Shown: in pieces, positions 37,411 to 49,416 of the stretch
Numbering within the stretch: the stretch's first letter is position 1
How the letters are laid out: each line of letters begins with the position of its first letter
DNA from: Mobula hypostoma
Taxonomy: Eukaryota
DNA: 64,000 nucleotides
Reading direction: 5' to 3'
Assembly: GCF_963921235.1 (NCBI RefSeq)
Contig: NC_086108.1
Location: 43,650,001-43,714,000 of the forward strand
Translations under genes and position numbers: made by a program
The notes under the pieces: model-generated
Told to the model about the DNA's origin: nothing
Databases searched by the model: none
What the model saw: only the letters and a program-made list of their open reading frames with translations

Positions 37411-38069
37411 CATCCTTTCTTATGCAAGGGGTCAAAATAGTGTGGACTCACCAACACCCTGCACAATTGCAACAAAACATCACTATTTTTAAACTCCAAC
37501 TTCGTACAGTAAAGACCAGTATGCCATTTGCATCCTTAACAACTTGTAGCGCCTGCTAACATTTTGTGATTCACAAACCATATGTAGATCCCTCTGTACT
37601 TCACTAATTTGTAATCTTTTTCTATTTAGATGAAAATCTCCCTTTTGGTTCCTACTACTAAGTACATTTCCCAGATTAAACTTCATCTGCCAAATTCTGC
37701 TTACTCACTACTGAGGCAGATATCGTTAAATTGTCTTCATCACAACTTGCCGTTCTTCCTATCTCCAGATGAAAAACAGCAGCACTCCAGAAACTAAACC
37801 ACTCAAAGCAGATCTAAACTGTGACTGAGGACAAGAAACACAGCACCTTTGAATAAAAGGGAAGGACCAATCCATGCGAAGTGTAAGCTGGACACTTGGA
37901 GCTGAATGTTTTTCAAGGCTGTTCTTTCCCCACTGAGGGATGATTTAATTACACAGACAATTGCTGTAAAAATTGTATTTCAAACAATTTCAGAGATAAA
38001 ACATTAAATAACAGGTGATATAAAGATAAGCCAGATGGGAATAAGATTAACATTACAATAATTATTTAC

Positions 38070-38482
38070 CTTTGGTTTCCAGTTCAGGAAATGGTTCCAG
38101 GCGATTTCGCATTCTATTCACCGTCTGCTCCCTAAAAATAACTGGGATGGGATGTGGCCCCAGTGAATCCCATAAATCTTTTGGCGGTTTTATTCCAACA
38201 CTGTTCCAAACGACAATGATTTTATGCAGGTTTGGAATGGCCTGATAATGATTCAGCAGTTTAAGAAGCAGGTCCGTCCTGTTGTAGGTCTGCATCACGA
38301 TGGTGAATGAATTACGAGTGTCGATTCTGTGCACGTCCTGCTCTCTACGGACCACAGTAGCTCCGCTTTCCACAACTTTGGGCAATAACGTGGTCAAGAC
38401 AGCTCCCACAATAAGAACAATTAGAACAGCCATCACTAAATACGAGGGAAGAGTCCCACCACCAAACAACCGTCTTGTGAAT
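38070..38482 (-). CDS. EXTL2: EXTL2 413-nt coding exon (type II membrane anchor and start of GT64 domain)
   Basis: Acceptor TTTTACATTCACAG, donor AAG|GTAAAT; VLIVLIVGAVLTTLLP..SFTIVMQTYNRTDLLLKLLNHYQAIPNLHKIIVVWN..NRMRNRL. Confidence 0.95.
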
Positions 38483-39181
38483 CTGTGAATGTAAAACAGC
38501 TGAGTGAAATATTGTAAACAATTCTCATTCACAAAACCCCTCACCCAGATTCCAAACCTACTTAGCTGAGACAGATATCCTCCAATTCTAATAGAAGGAC
38601 TAATGAATAAACAAAACATAAAAAAAGCTTTGAAGTATTTGACCAGCACGGTGTTGCAGCAGTTAGTACAGCAACAGCCACATGGGCTCAATTCCTGCCA
38701 CTGTCTGTAAGCAGTTAGTACGTTCTCCAGGTGACTGCGTGGGATTCCTCCCCGTGCTCCGGGCCTGTTACAGTGCTGTATCTCTAAATAAATTTTTTTT
38801 TGGTAACCTCTGAAATAAGAAGAAATTTTCATTGTCTCGCAAGGCCTGTAATTATATCCATCTGATTTAGGCACATATTGCATTAAAGTGAGTCTTATTT
38901 CCTATGTCAACCCAGATAGTATGGCCAAAGTTGTCCAAACTGGATGACATGAGGATATGAGAGGCAGATCAAACCCATTATTATTCTCACTTTCCTAACT
39001 TGGAATGGACAATTAGTTTTTTTATATACATTCCATGTTATTTCTGAGAGTTTTTTTTCCATAAAAAAGACACAAAGCACTTAATTTGCTTGTCATTTTC
39101 TTTTAACAAAGCTGTTTATTTTTTTTTAAACTGCCAAGTATCAAGATTGCTAACATGTAATTCCAGAATTGTATCCACCTG

Positions 39182-39272
39182 ACAAAGGGTCTCGGCCTGA
39201 AACGTCGACTGCACCTCTTCCTACAGATGCTGCCTGGCCTGCTGCGTTCACCAGCAACTTTGATGTGTGTTG
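39182..39272 (+). mobile_element. Short hammerhead-derived retroelement with TSD
   Basis: 14-bp TSD ATTGTATCCACCTG (39168-39181, 39273-39286); core CTGACAA..GAAACGTC. Confidence 0.85.
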
Positions 39273-39520
39273 ATTGTATCCACCTGTCAGTTTCCCATAA
39301 AATGTCTAGATAATTTAATATTATAGCAATCATACCTGTCAGCAATTTTTACTCATCCCACTTCCAAAGAGTCCCAGCCCTGAAACATTGACCATGTCTT
39401 CCTGCATTTCAAATGCACTTTGTTTTTTTTTAATTTCAGATTTCCATCAGATTTTTTCACCTAGTAAGGAAAGAGGGCTGGGGCCAAGTACAGTATTCAA
39501 ACCAAGTTCAGTTAGCTTAA

Positions 39521-39654
39521 CTTGGACCCTGACAAAGGGTCTCAGCCTGAAACGTCGACTGCACCTCTTCCTAGAGATGCTGCCTGGCCTGCTGCGTTCA
39601 CCAGCAACTTTGATATGTGTTGCTTGAATTTCCAGCATCTGCAGAATTCCTGTT
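39521..39654 (+). mobile_element. Short hammerhead-derived retroelement with TSD
   Basis: 15-bp TSD GTTCAGTTAGCTTAA (39506-39520, 39655-39669); core CTGACAA..GAAACGTC. Confidence 0.85.
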
Positions 39655-40261
39655 GTTCAGTTAGCTTAAGGACGGAATATGCTATGACCTCGTTTTCAAA
39701 ATGCCCTAGCACTTTAGGAACTGCAGAAGAGCTTTCAGTACAAGTTTCCATAGAAACGCTGCTTGGAAATCAAGGGGTAGCTTGTCTGCATTGGAATGCA
39801 TTTACATCACAAGACACTGTTCTATTTGCGAAAGCGACGAAAACACATAAGGATGACATATGGATCGAAAGTAATAGCGTACTCATTGCAATGAATGAAT
39901 CAGAGGGAAGAGAATGCTATACATAGAAAATAAATCGTCTCGTTGACCAGAAGAGTGCGTGGTAGTAACTGGGGATCTCAAAGCACTGCTGCGGAGCTGC
40001 AATAAACATCCCAGATTTTGGCTTTTCCTGCCAGCCCATATATTTAGGCCTCAACATCGGAGCCCGCGTCCCTGATCTCCCAATCCGAGGAAACGGACAG
40101 TGCAGTCCCAAAACAGGGACAAGGGGGCAAGGAGCGTGGGGAAGGAAAGAAAAGGCAACAGCTCGCCACCTACAACCGTTCAAACCCACCTCCTTCAGAC
40201 TGAACAACCAGGATAATTTATAATCAGTGCAGATCCACTCCACGCGGTCGCTAGAACCCAC

Positions 40262-40266
40262 CTCAT
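40262..40266 (-). CDS. EXTL2: EXTL2 first coding segment (ATG AG, phase-2 donor)
   Basis: Minus strand GTGTCATGAG|GTGGGT; phase matches the exon starting at 38482, giving MRFTRRL..; total CDS 5+413+71+492 = 981 nt. Confidence 0.75.
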
Positions 40267-40269
40267 GAC

Positions 40270-40360
40270 ACAGCGGCCCCACATCTACAACCACTATCGT
40301 AACTCACACCTGAGCCCGCAGAACGCATGCGCGCTCAAACGCCCGCTCGCGGCTCATTGC
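40270..40360 (-). promoter_or_regulatory. Small CpG-rich patch with NRF1-like motif upstream of the EXTL2 ATG
   Basis: CGCATGCGC at 40324-40332 within a CpG cluster in otherwise CpG-poor DNA. Confidence 0.5.
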
Positions 40361-40687
40361 CTCTGTCAATCACTTTTAATCCTATTTACAGTTTTCTCAC
40401 CGGAATAGAATAGAATAGAGAAAAAAATTCATTTCACACTTGCACCCAATTAAAGACGACATATCTTGCAGTATGAGGTCACCACTGGTAACAATACTAT
40501 TTCAAGGTATAACTTTTTAAAAATTTTATGGGCACGTTTGTGCGTCACTCTTAGTTTTGATGGATTGCTTCGGGGAACCAGCAGCTTCCTATTTCTGGTT
40601 CACAGGCCCCACATAAGAAAGGAGGAATTTCTCTGGGTTTGCTTTAAAATATCCCACTGATGGATGGCCTGACCCAAAGTGTTAACT

Positions 40688-40910
40688 AACAGGAATTCTG
40701 CAGATGCTGGAAATTCAAGCAACACACATCAAAGTTGCTGGTGAACGCAGCAGGCCAGGCAGCATCTCTAGGAAGAGGTACAGTCGACGTTTCAGGCCGA
40801 GACCCTTCGTCAGGACTGACCCTTCGTCCTCGGCCTGAAACATCGGCTGTACCTCTTCCTAGAGATGCTGCCTGGCCTGCTGCGTTCACCAGCAACTTTG
40901 ATGGGTGTTG
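40688..40910. mobile_element. Palindromic hammerhead-containing element inserted into an older relative
   Basis: Inverted arms ~40719-40800 / 40828-40911; 14-bp TSD CCAAAGTGTTAACT (40674-40687, 40911-40924). Confidence 0.85.
40781..40818 (-). ncRNA. Minimal type I hammerhead ribozyme motif (Penelope-type)
   Basis: Minus strand CAGTC-CTGACGA-AGGGTCTCGGCCT-GAAAC-GTC-GACTG: stem I CAGUC/GACUG, intact CUGANGA and GAAA boxes, GUC cleavage triplet, palindromic ACGU stem III. Confidence 0.75.
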
Positions 40911-41169
40911 CCAAAGTGTTAACTGTTTATTTCCCTCTACAGATGCTGCCTGAGCTGCTGAGTTCCTCCAGCATTTTGTATGTGCGACTGTTTCACTTTG
41001 CACGGATGTTGCTTGGCCTGTTGAGTTTTCCCAGCACTGTTTGTCATGATTTTAGATTTCCAGCAGATGCAAAAGCTTGCCCTTGTGGTTATCTATTTCA
41101 TATCTGTCTGATCAATTCTCTTGTGAATGAATCAAAAATGGAAGTTGTATAAGATGTTGGTAAGAGCAA

Positions 41170-44100
41170 AGTTCAAACTACATTTATTATGAAAGTACCT
41201 TTATGTCACCACATACAACCCTGAGATTTGTTTTCCTGTGGCATATACAGCAAATCCAATGAAACACAATAGAATCAATGAGAGACCACACCCAATAGGA
41301 TGGACCAACAACCAATGTACAAAAGACAACAAAGTATGCAAATACAAAAGAAAAATATAACAATAATAATAAATATATATCAAGAACATGAGATGAAGAG
41401 CCCTTGAAAGTGGGTCCAGAGGTTCTGGGAAGAGTTCAGTGGTGGGGCGAGTGAAGTTATCCCCACAGGTTCAGGAGACTGATGGTTGAGGGGTAACAAC
41501 TGTTTCTGAACCGAGCAGTGTGAGTCCTGAGGCTCCTGTACCTCCTTCCAGATGGTGGTAGCGAGAAGAGAGCATGATTTTGGTGGTGTGGGTCCTTGAT
41601 GTTGCTTTTCTCCAACAGCGCTACAGTATGGTGTGTTGGCATTCATCAACCATGGGATTGAGTTCAAGAGCCGTGAAGTAATGTTACAGCTGTATAAGAC
41701 CTTGGTCAGAACCCACTTGGAGTACTGTGTTCAGTTCTGGTCACCTCACTACAGGAAGGATGTGGATATTATAGAGAGAGTGCAGAGGAAATTTACAAGT
41801 TTGTTTCCTGGATTGGAGGGAGTACCTTATGGGAACAGGTTGAATGTAGTTGACCTTGGAGCAACGGAGGATGAAGGTGACCTGATCAAGGTGTACAAGA
41901 TGATGTGGGGCATTGATCATGTGGATAGCCAGAGCATTTTTCCCAGGGATGAAATGGCTAACACGAGGAGGCATAGTTTTAAGGTGCTTGGAAATAGGTT
42001 CTGAGGGGATGTCAGGCATAAGTTTTTCACACAGAGACTGATGGTTGCGTGGAATACATTGCTGGCAGCAGTGGTGGAACCGGATACAATAGGGTCTTTT
42101 AAGAGCCTTTTAGATAGGTACACGGAACTTAGAAAAATAGAGGGCTATGCACTAGGGAAATTCTAGGCAGTTAGGTTACATGGTTGGCACAACATTGTGG
42201 GCTGAAGGGCCTGTAATGTGCTGTAAATTTCTATGTTCTATGTAGTATGCTCTCCACCACACATATATAGTGATTTGTCAAAGTTTTAGATGTCATGCCG
42301 AATCTTCACACATTTCAAATGAAGCAGACATGGTTTAAGGCACTGATGTGCTTTCTTCATAATTACACTTGCTGCACCCGGAACAGACCCTCTGAAATGA
42401 CATCACCAAGGAATTTAAAGCTGCTGACTCTCTCCATCTCTGTTCCTCTGATGAAGACTGGCTCATAGACCTCCAATCTCCTCCTCCTAAAATCAACTAT
42501 CATCTCCTTGGTCTTGCTGACACTGAGTTGAGTGTTATCGTGGCACCACTCAACCAGATTTTCAATCTCCCTCCTATATGCTGATTCACCATCACCTTTG
42601 ATTTGGCCAACAACAGAGGTGTCCTCTGCATACTTAAATGTGGCATGAGAGAGGAGTTGGCCAGAATTGATTGGAAGAGAATACCGACAGGGATGATGGC
42701 AGAGCAGCAATGGCTGGAATTTCTGGAAGCAATTTGGAAGGCACAGGATATATACATCCCAGACAGGAAGAAGTGTTCTAAAGGAAAGATGATACAACGG
42801 TGGCAACAAGAGAAGTCAAAGTCAACATAAAAGCCAAAGAGAGGGCATATAATAGAGCAAAAATTAGTGGGAAGTTAGAAGATTGGGAAGCTTTTATAAA
42901 CCAACAGAAAACAACTAAAAAAGTCATTAAGAAGGAAAAGATGGGATATAAAAGTAAGCTAGTCAATAATATTAAAGAGAATACCAAAAGTTTCTTCAGA
43001 TATAAAGAGTGTAACAGAAACATGAGAGTGGATATCAGACAGCTGGAAAACAATGCTGGGGAAGTACAAACGTTTGTAGTAATGTGGGACACTGAAATGG
43101 TGGACGAACAGAATAAGTACTTTGCATCATCTTCACAGTGGAAGACACTGGAAGTATGATGGAAGTTCAAGGTGGCAAGGGTCATGAATTGAGTGAGGTT
43201 ACCATAACTAGAGAAAAGATTCTTGGGAAACTGAAAGGTCTGAAGGTAGATAAGTCATCTGGACCAGATAGTGTACACCCCAGGGTTCTGAAAGAGATGG
43301 CTGAAGAGATCATAGAGGCATTAGTAACGATCTTTCAAGAACCACTAGATTCTGGAATGGTTCCAGAAGACTGGAAATTGCAAACGTCACTCCACTCTTC
43401 AAGAAGGGAGAGAGGCAGAAGAAAAGAAACTATAGGCCAGTTAATCTGACCTCAGTGGTTGGGAAGATGTTGGTTGATTATTAAGGATGAGGTCTCAGGG
43501 TACTTGGAGAAACATGATAAAATAGGCCGCAGTCAGTATAATTTCCTCAAGGGAAGGAAAATCTTGCCTGACAAATCTGTTGGAATTCTTTGGAAAAATA
43601 ACAAGCAGGATAAACAATGGAGAATTGGTTGCTGTTGTGTACTTGGATTTTCAGAAGGCCTTTGACAAGGTGCCACACGTGAGGCTGCTTAAAAAGTTAC
43701 ATGCCCATGGTATTACAGGATAGATTCTATCATGGATAAAGCAGTGGCTGATTGGCAGGAGGCAAAAATTGGGAATAAAGGAAGCCTTTTCGGGCTGGCT
43801 GCCAGGGACTAGTAGTGTTGAAACCAATTCTTTTTACGTTATATGACAATGATTTGGATGACGGAATTGATGGTTTTGTTGTAAAGTTTGCAGACGATAT
43901 GAAGATAGGCAGAGGGGCAAGTAGTTTTGAGGAAGTAGTGAGGCTACAGAAGGACTTCGACAGATTTGAGAGATGGGCAAAGAAATGGCAGATGGAATAC
44001 AGTGTCAGAAGGTGTATGGTCATGCACTTCGGTAGATGAAATGAAAGGGTTGAGTATTTTCTAGATGGAGAGAAAATACAAAAAACTGACATGAAAAGGG

Positions 44101-45520
44101 ACTTGGGAGTCCTTGTGCAGGATTCCCTAAAAATAACTTGCAAGTTGAGTCTGAGGTGAGGAAGACAAATGCAATGCTACCATTCACTTCAAGAGGACTA
44201 GAATATAAAAACAAGGATATAATGCTTAGACTTTATAAAGCACTGGAGAGGCCTCACTTGGAGTATTGTGAGCAGTTTTGGGCCCCTTTCTTATATAAGA
44301 AAGGATGTGCTGAAACTGGGGAGGGTCCAAAGGAGGTTCATAAAAATGATTCCAGTATTGAATGGGTTGTCATATGAAGGGTATTTAATGGCTCAGGGCC
44401 TGTATTCACTGGAATTCAGAAGAATAAGGGGTGACCTCATTGAAGCCTATTGAATGCTGGAAGGCCTTGATAGAGTGGATGTGGAGAGGATGTTTCCTAT
44501 GGTGGGAGAGTCTAAGACAAGAGGACACAGCCTCAGAATAGAGGGGTGTCCTTTTAAAATGAAAATGAGGAGGAATTTCTTTAGCCAGAGTGTGGTGAAT
44601 CTGTGGAATTCTTTGCCACAGGCAGCTGTGGAAGCCAAGTCGTTATGTATATTTAAGGCAGAGGTTGATAGATTCTTGATTGATCAGGGCATGAAGGGAT
44701 GTGGGGAGAAGGTAGGAGATTGGGACTGAGAGTAAAATTGGATTAGGCTTGACAAAATGGCAGAGCATACTCGATGGGCCAAATGTCCTAATTCTGCTCC
44801 TAGATCTTGAGGTCTTATAGAGTAGAGTAGGAGGCGAAGCACACAGCCTTATGGTGCACAGGTGTTGACGAAGATTATGGGGATGTTATTGTCAATCTGA
44901 ACTGACTGGGGTCTAGAAATGAGGATATCAAGGATCCAATTGCACCAAGAGGTATTGTGGTCAAGATCTTAAAGATTATTGATTAGTTTTCAGGGGATGA
45001 AAGTAGTGAATGCCGAGCTGTAATCAAAGAAGTTGTATGCATCTTTGCTGTCCAGATGTTCCAGGGTTGAGTGAAGAGCCAATGAAATGGAATCTGCTGT
45101 GGACCTGTTGTTACAGTAGGCAAATTAGAGAGGATCCAAATTGCTTCTTAGGTAAGACATGATAGGTTTCATCACCAACTTCTCAAAGCATTTCATCACA
45201 GTGGATTTAAGTGCTACATGACAATAGTCATTGAGGCAGGCTACCATGTTCTTCTTAGACACCTGTACAATTGAAGCCTGCTTGAAGCAGGTGGGTACCT
45301 CAGAGTGCCAAAGTGCGAGGTTAAAGATATCAGTGAACACTCCAGCCAGTTCATCAGCACAGGTCTTTGGTACTTGGCCAGGTACCCCATCAGGGCCAGG
45401 TACTTTCTGTGGGTTCACCCTCCTGAAGGATGTTCTCACGTCAGCCTCAGAGACTGAAATCACAGGGTCATTGAGGGATGTGGGGGTTTTCTCCATGTTT
45501 CGATGGTCAAAGTGAACATA
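41170..45520 (-). mobile_element. Rex1/Babar-like LINE (minus) interrupted by two plus-strand CR1-like LINEs (~41626-42242 and ~42642-44818)
   Basis: Rex1 ORFs 45125-45580, 42363-42640 and 41457-41625; CR1 ORFs 41633-42004, 43138-43449 (KSSGPDSVHPRVLKE), 43815-44039 (KFADD) and 44454-44729. Confidence 0.8.
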
Positions 45521-45859
45521 GAAGACATAGAGCCCACTTGGGAGTGAAGCCTTGTTGTCACCAATGTTGTTTAGTTTCACTTGGTACGATTTGGATTACT
45601 GTGTGCTGTTCTGGTCACAGACCTACAGGAAAGATATTAATAAGATTGAAAGATACAGAGAAAATATACAAGGATGTGTCTGGGATTTGAGGTCCTGAGT
45701 TAAAGGGAAAGGTTGAATAGGTAAAGACATTTTTCTCTCCGAGCACGGGAGATTGAGGAGAGATTCGATAGAAGTGTAGAAAATATTTTTATACATTCTT
45801 TGATAATATATGTATTTTGAAACTTTGAATCTTTGAATCTAGAGTCTGCTGAGAGCCAG

Positions 45860-47595
45860 ATCAGAGGCATTCAAGTCTGGAGATCAAAAATGCTACAAGT
45901 GGGGCAGGTATGATCTCTGGAAAGCCTCCTCTTGGGTGAAGTGGAGATTCCAAACCAGACTGGAATCAACGAGGGATACGTGACTGTTGTGGCAGGGTTT
46001 GAATGCCATAACTTCTGCAAAGTTAAATCTTGTGACAGCAGAGCTTTGCTTCTCGATGAGTTCAATGGCTTCTATACTCACTTTGAACACCAGAAAAGGG
46101 AGGAACCATCACGCACCCCAATGATTCTTTGATCTCAGTATCTGAAGATGACATTGTGTGCTACCTTCAAGAGAGTGAATCCAAGGAAAGCATCCAGTCC
46201 AGACAGATTACCTGGTCAAGTACTAAAGACCTGTGCCAATCAACCAGCTGGTGTATTCACGGATATCTTCAAGCTCTCACTTCAGCAGTGAGTGGTACCC
46301 ACCTGTATCAAGTAGGCTTCAATCGTACTGGTGTCCAAGAAGAGCATGGTAACCTATATAAATGACTATTGGCCAGTGGCACTTACATCCATAGTGATGA
46401 AGTGTTTTGAGAGGCTGGTGTTGAAGCATATGAGCTCCATTCTGAGTGGCAACTTGGATCTGCTCCAATTCACCTACCAAAGCAACAGGTCTACAGCAGA
46501 TGCTCTCTCTATGGCTCTTCACGCAACCCTGGAACATCTGGACAGCAAAGATGCATACATCAGGATGCTTTTTATCGATTACAGCTCAGCATTTGACAGT
46601 ACCTAAACTAATTAGTAAACTCCAAGTCCTGGCCTGAATGCCCCCCAGTGCAATTGGATCCTGGATTTCCTCACTTGTAGACCCTAGTCAGTTTGGATTG
46701 GCAAAAACACTTCCTCCACAATCTCCATCAGCACAGGAGCACTGCAGGGATGTGTACTTAGCCCCCTGTTCTACTTGCTTTACATCTATGACCATGTGGC
46801 TAAGTGTAGCTCCAACACCATATACAGGTTTGCGCTCAACACCACAGTTGTGTGCTGTATAAAAGCGGGTGATGAATCAGCATTTAGGCAGGAGATTGAA
46901 AACTTGGCTGAGTAGTGCAATAACAACAACCTCTCACACAATGTCAATAAGACCAAGGAACTCATTGTAGACTTCAGGCAAGGGAAACCAGAGATCCATG
47001 AGCCTTAATCATCTGAGGATCAGAGGTGGAGAGTGTCAGTAACTTTAAATTCCTTGGTGTCATTATCTCAGACAACCTGTCCTGGACCCATCATACAAAT
47101 ATTATTGCAGAGAAAGCACGACAGCACCTCTACTTCCTCAGGAGTCTGTGGAGATTTGGTATGTCATCAAAGATCTTCGCAAACATCTTTAGATGTATGG
47201 TGAAAAGTGTGCTGACTGGCTGCATTATGGCCCGGTATGGGTACACCAATGCCTTTGATCGGAAAATCCTACCTAAGGTAGTGGATTTGGCCCAGTACAT
47301 CATAGAAAAGAGGCATCCATCATCAAAGATCCTCACCACCCATGCTCTTTTCTCACTGCTGCCATCAGGTAGAAGGTACAAGAGCCTCAGGATTTGTACC
47401 ACCAGGTTCACAAACAGCTACAACCCCTCAACTATCAGGCTCTTGAACAAAAGGGGATAACTACACTCATTTAAGGACTCTTTTATCTTGTTATCCCGTT
47501 CTACAGATTTGCTAAGTATGCCCAGAGTAAACGAATTTCAGGGTGGTATATGGTGACATGAATGTACTCTGAAAATAAATTTTACTTTGAACTTA
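45860..47595 (+). mobile_element. Rex1/Babar-like LINE RT and 3' end, degenerate
   Basis: ORFs 46331-46606 ([26 protein letters not shown]) and 47026-47460; 3' UTR ending AATAAATTTTACTTTGAACT. Confidence 0.8.
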
Positions 47596-47984
47596 TTCTG
47601 ACAAATGGAAGAGCTACTTTCCTTCCTTTTCTTACTTTTAGTAATTATTCTTTCTTATCAGTCTTATATACTTTTGATGTAAGTGATTATAATACTGTGG
47701 GGGTACCATTACCATATTGAGTGTTTTTTGTATATTTTCTGTTTACAGACAAAATCATCTCAAGTACAACAGGATAAATAATACCCATTCATTACCTGAG
47801 AACAGCCTGCAGGAGCTTACTTATCCAGCAGGCTTTTATTATTATAAGTTTGAAAAGATTACTCTTTGTCTTTTTTTTCCTAACCAATTATGTAAATTGT
47901 AAATAGCCGAGACCCAAATAATGATTTTTATAGTACGCTTTATTGGACTGCTCGCTGTGCAGAACCTGCTCTCTCCTTGGCATT

Positions 47985-48200
47985 ATGGTGCTGCCATCAG
48001 GACCACCACAGAGGCTGCTGAGTGAGCCTCCAGATGGCCACGGATCAGGAGGTGTAACCTATGGACCAATGCTGCTGGGACATAAGCCAAAGCCTGTTCA
48101 ACCCTAGCTGGGTCGCCTGGGCGAGAGTGTCTGATGTTCAAAGACCCGAAACACCCAATGATCCCAGGTTACATCATATGTCCCAGTGCATCCGAGGATG
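47985..48200 (+). mobile_element. Possible 3' end of a restriction-endonuclease-type (HERO-like) non-LTR element
   Basis: Degenerate AIRTTTEAAE.ASRW coding followed by GCTGGGTCGCCTGGGCGAGAGTGTCTGATG..GACCCGAAACACCCAATGA; recognised from memory only. Confidence 0.4.
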
Positions 48201-48979
48201 AATCTCAGCATCAACTTGCTGATCTGAAAAAATATCCATTTATTCTTATTGTCTGTGTTCTATTCATTGATCCTTGATCCCTACACTCAGTATTAAACAC
48301 TATTCCAAGAGGTTTGTTTATGCAAAACAACTCGGGTGCCACTTTAGTGTACTCCTAAAAACACAAAACTAACTGGATCCCCGTTACGTACTCTACCTAT
48401 TTAAAAAACACCAAGAGATTATCAGATGAACAGAGGAAACAATTCAAGGATGTTGTCTAAATCTTCTTGAAAAAGTTACATTTTAGTTATCCTTGGACCG
48501 ATCTCTCTGTCTCTCTGTCTCTCTCTCTCTCTCGTAGAGGACCTTCAATTACCGAAGCATGCGAGGGGAGCTGGCCAAAGTTAATTAATAGGGGACACTA
48601 GTAGGGATGATGGCAGAACTGCAATGGGTGGAATTTCATCTGCAGCTCAGTTTATGTCAGGAGAATGATTCTCCTATTTCATACCTTGGAAATGTTAATG
48701 AAAATGATGAGGGTTATAGATAGGGTAATTGCAAGCAGGCTTTTTCCACTCAGCTTGGGTGAGACAACTAGAGGTTATGAGTTAAGGGTGAAAGGTGAAA
48801 AGTTTAAGAAACTTCTTCACTCAGAGGGTTGTGATAGTGTGGAACGAGCTGCCAGCGCAAGTGGTCAATGCGTAAGAAAAGTTTGGATGCCTATGGTCCG
48901 AGTGTAGGCCGACGGGACTACTCAGTTTAAATCGTTCAAATAGCCTGTTCTGGGCCGTGCTTTTCTATGACTAATGATC

Positions 48980-49155
48980 AGAATCGCATCGCCTGCTCAG
49001 ATACGGCGGGAGGAGGCCGGCGCACAGCACGGCGCGTTTGCGCCTGCGCCTTGGATGCCGTCGGCTCCGGGCCGTTCCACTCGGCGACCGGAAGTTGCGG
49101 CGAGTCCCGGGTAGGTGCAGTTGCCGTGGAGCGGCGACTGTAGCCTGCGAGCAGC
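48980..49155 (+). promoter_or_regulatory. CpG island promoter / 5' UTR of SLC30A7
   Basis: Dense CpG; NRF1-like TGCGCCTGCGC 49039-49049; ETS/GABP site ACCGGAAGT 49087-49095. Confidence 0.75.
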
Positions 49156-49235
49156 ATGTTACCCCTCTCTATAAAGGACGATGAATACAAGCCGCCACGG
49201 TTCAATCTGCTCCGCAAGGTGTCGGGTTGGTTCAG
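49156..49235 (+). CDS. SLC30A7: Zinc transporter 7 (ZnT7), coding exon 1
   Basis: MLPLSIKDDEYKPPRFNLLRKVSGWFR; donor CAG|GTAGGT; 80 coding nt. Confidence 0.95.
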
Positions 49236-49416
49236 GTAGGTGGGAGGGAATGGGATGGACTGAAGGGGGCTGGGTGTGTATTGGGCTCCAGCCATGGGCC
49301 CTGGGTCCGGGACGGGGACCGAGACCGGAGTCTTACAGCTGGAACATGGGGACGGGTGTAAGGATCGGACTGCCCGCCAAATCCTTCGCCAACTCGCATG
49401 TTTTTTCTATTCTCAG

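Noticed and set aside
38483..38883. N-terminal extension of the 273-aa ORF 38062-38883 as part of EXTL2
   Set aside because: Lies upstream of a good splice acceptor at 38483-38484 and has no resemblance to EXTL2; a phase-compatible ATGAG|GT exon exists at 40262-40266
39178..39560. Active hammerheads at 39178 and 39528
   Set aside because: Core reads CUGACAA instead of CUGANGA and the 5' strand of stem I is missing, so probably inactive
14407..40910. Repeated ~35-nt palindromic motif resembling a CRISPR repeat
   Set aside because: Dispersed rather than arrayed with spacers, eukaryotic context, no cas genes; explained as Penelope-type terminal repeats
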